Source of the DNA: an uncultured Acidobacteriota bacterium
Lineage (GTDB): Bacteria; Acidobacteriota; Blastocatellia; RBC074
DNA length: 64,000 nucleotides
Direction: 5' to 3'
Assembly (NCBI GenBank): GCA_963796275.1
Contig: CAWCKY010000001.1
Coordinates: forward strand, 32,001 to 96,000
The notes below the pieces were generated by a model. The model searched no databases. It worked only from the letters and a program-made list of their open reading frames with translations, and had not been told where the DNA came from. Within the stretch, counting starts at the first letter, position 1. Each line of letters begins with the position of its first letter. Shown here in pieces: positions 63,263 to 64,000 of this stretch. The position numbers and the translations under genes are program-made.

Positions 63263-63586
63263 TTAGTAGCGGCGGCTACTGCCACCATTAAAACCACCGC
63301 CTCCTCCTCCGCCAAAGCCGCCACGGCCGCCACGGTCTTCCCTCGGCTTGGCTTCGTTAACGGTGAGTGCGCGGCCATCCATATCTCTACCATTCAGAGC
63401 CTGAATCGCGGCCTGAGCCGATTCTTTGGAGTCCAGTTCGATAAACGCGAATCCGCGCGAGCGGCCTGTGTCTCGGTCGGTAATGATGCTCGTAGAGCAG
63501 ATCTGACCGTACTGGCTGAATTGTTCTTGTAGATCCTGCTCCGTCGTAGTGAAGGCCAGGTTCCCGACATATAATTTAACTGACAT
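63263..63586 (-). CDS. RRM RNA-binding protein with a Gly-rich tail
   Basis: RNP2 LYVGNL, RNP1 RGFAFIEL, LTVNEAKPR. Confidence 0.95.
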   Translation of the reverse strand: MSVKLYVGNLAFTTTEQDLQEQFSQYGQICSTSIITDRDTGRSRGFAFIELDSKESAQAAIQALNGRDMDGRALTVNEAKPREDRGGRGGFGGGGGGGFNGGSSRRY

Positions 63587-64000
63587 TGATTTCCTCTCAA
63601 TGTAATCGAAGCAACCGAATGAGCTTCGGGAACGGTTCCCACTTAACACAATCGACACTCAAATCAACGAGCGGCTTCTTAACGTTACTAATTACCTGCT
63701 CCCTAAGCCTGAGTGCGCAATTCACGATTGACAACGCATCACCGTTGGCGCCAAGAGAGAAAGCTCAAGTTGAAGATTTGACCAGACTTTGAGATCGAAG
63801 GAAAAGCTCGTTGCAATCGGTAAAGAAGGCAAGTAACTGATTCATTAAACAAAGAGGCTTTATTTCAACTGGCAAAAGTATAGCACAAAAAACGTCTGCG
63901 TGTTGAATTATCTGTGCCCCCGCTCCCGATCAATACTCGCAGTTCGGAACAAAAGTGATTCCGGCGATGCACGCACGCGACAGTAGTGTTGGACGAAATC

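Noticed and set aside
1-64000. CRISPR array, tRNA, rRNA, reverse transcriptase/retron
   Set aside because: No regularly spaced short repeats, cloverleaf, rRNA signature or YxDD RT ORF was seen by eye

Overview
A 64-kb accessory region with no core housekeeping operon, rRNA, tRNA or CRISPR array. The protein families resemble those common in Acidobacteriota (Blastocatellia-like); this taxonomy is inference only. The window is a mosaic of intact cargo genes and many truncated or frameshifted remnants. Intact cargo includes an RHS toxin with a TPR partner, a histidine kinase, ECF sigma factors, OmpA, OsmC, Crp, NYN, DUF3800, DUF4236, a crystallin-like protein, an aquaporin and an RRM protein. 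Mobile elements include a complete IS607 (TnpA+TnpB), a tyrosine-recombinase + IS91-type Y2 transposase element, an IS256, and IS481, IS66, IS6 and Mu-type fragments. The strongest signals outside the ORF track are: (1) three co-oriented XerCD dif-like sites sharing an accessory motif at an identical offset; (2) the Int+IS91 element inserted at the base of an attC-like hairpin and carrying an orphan immunity gene; (3) two copies of a ~370-nt structured non-coding element; (4) a promoter-driven, terminated small RNA convergent on a DUF3800 gene, and a structured leader before an NYN RNase; (5) a solitary integron cassette with a canonical attC; (6) a likely former CxxU selenoprotein. Repeated fragments of the same few genes suggest serial integration and decay of one element family. 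Some frameshifts could be sequencing errors. All family assignments come from motif recognition, not database searches.
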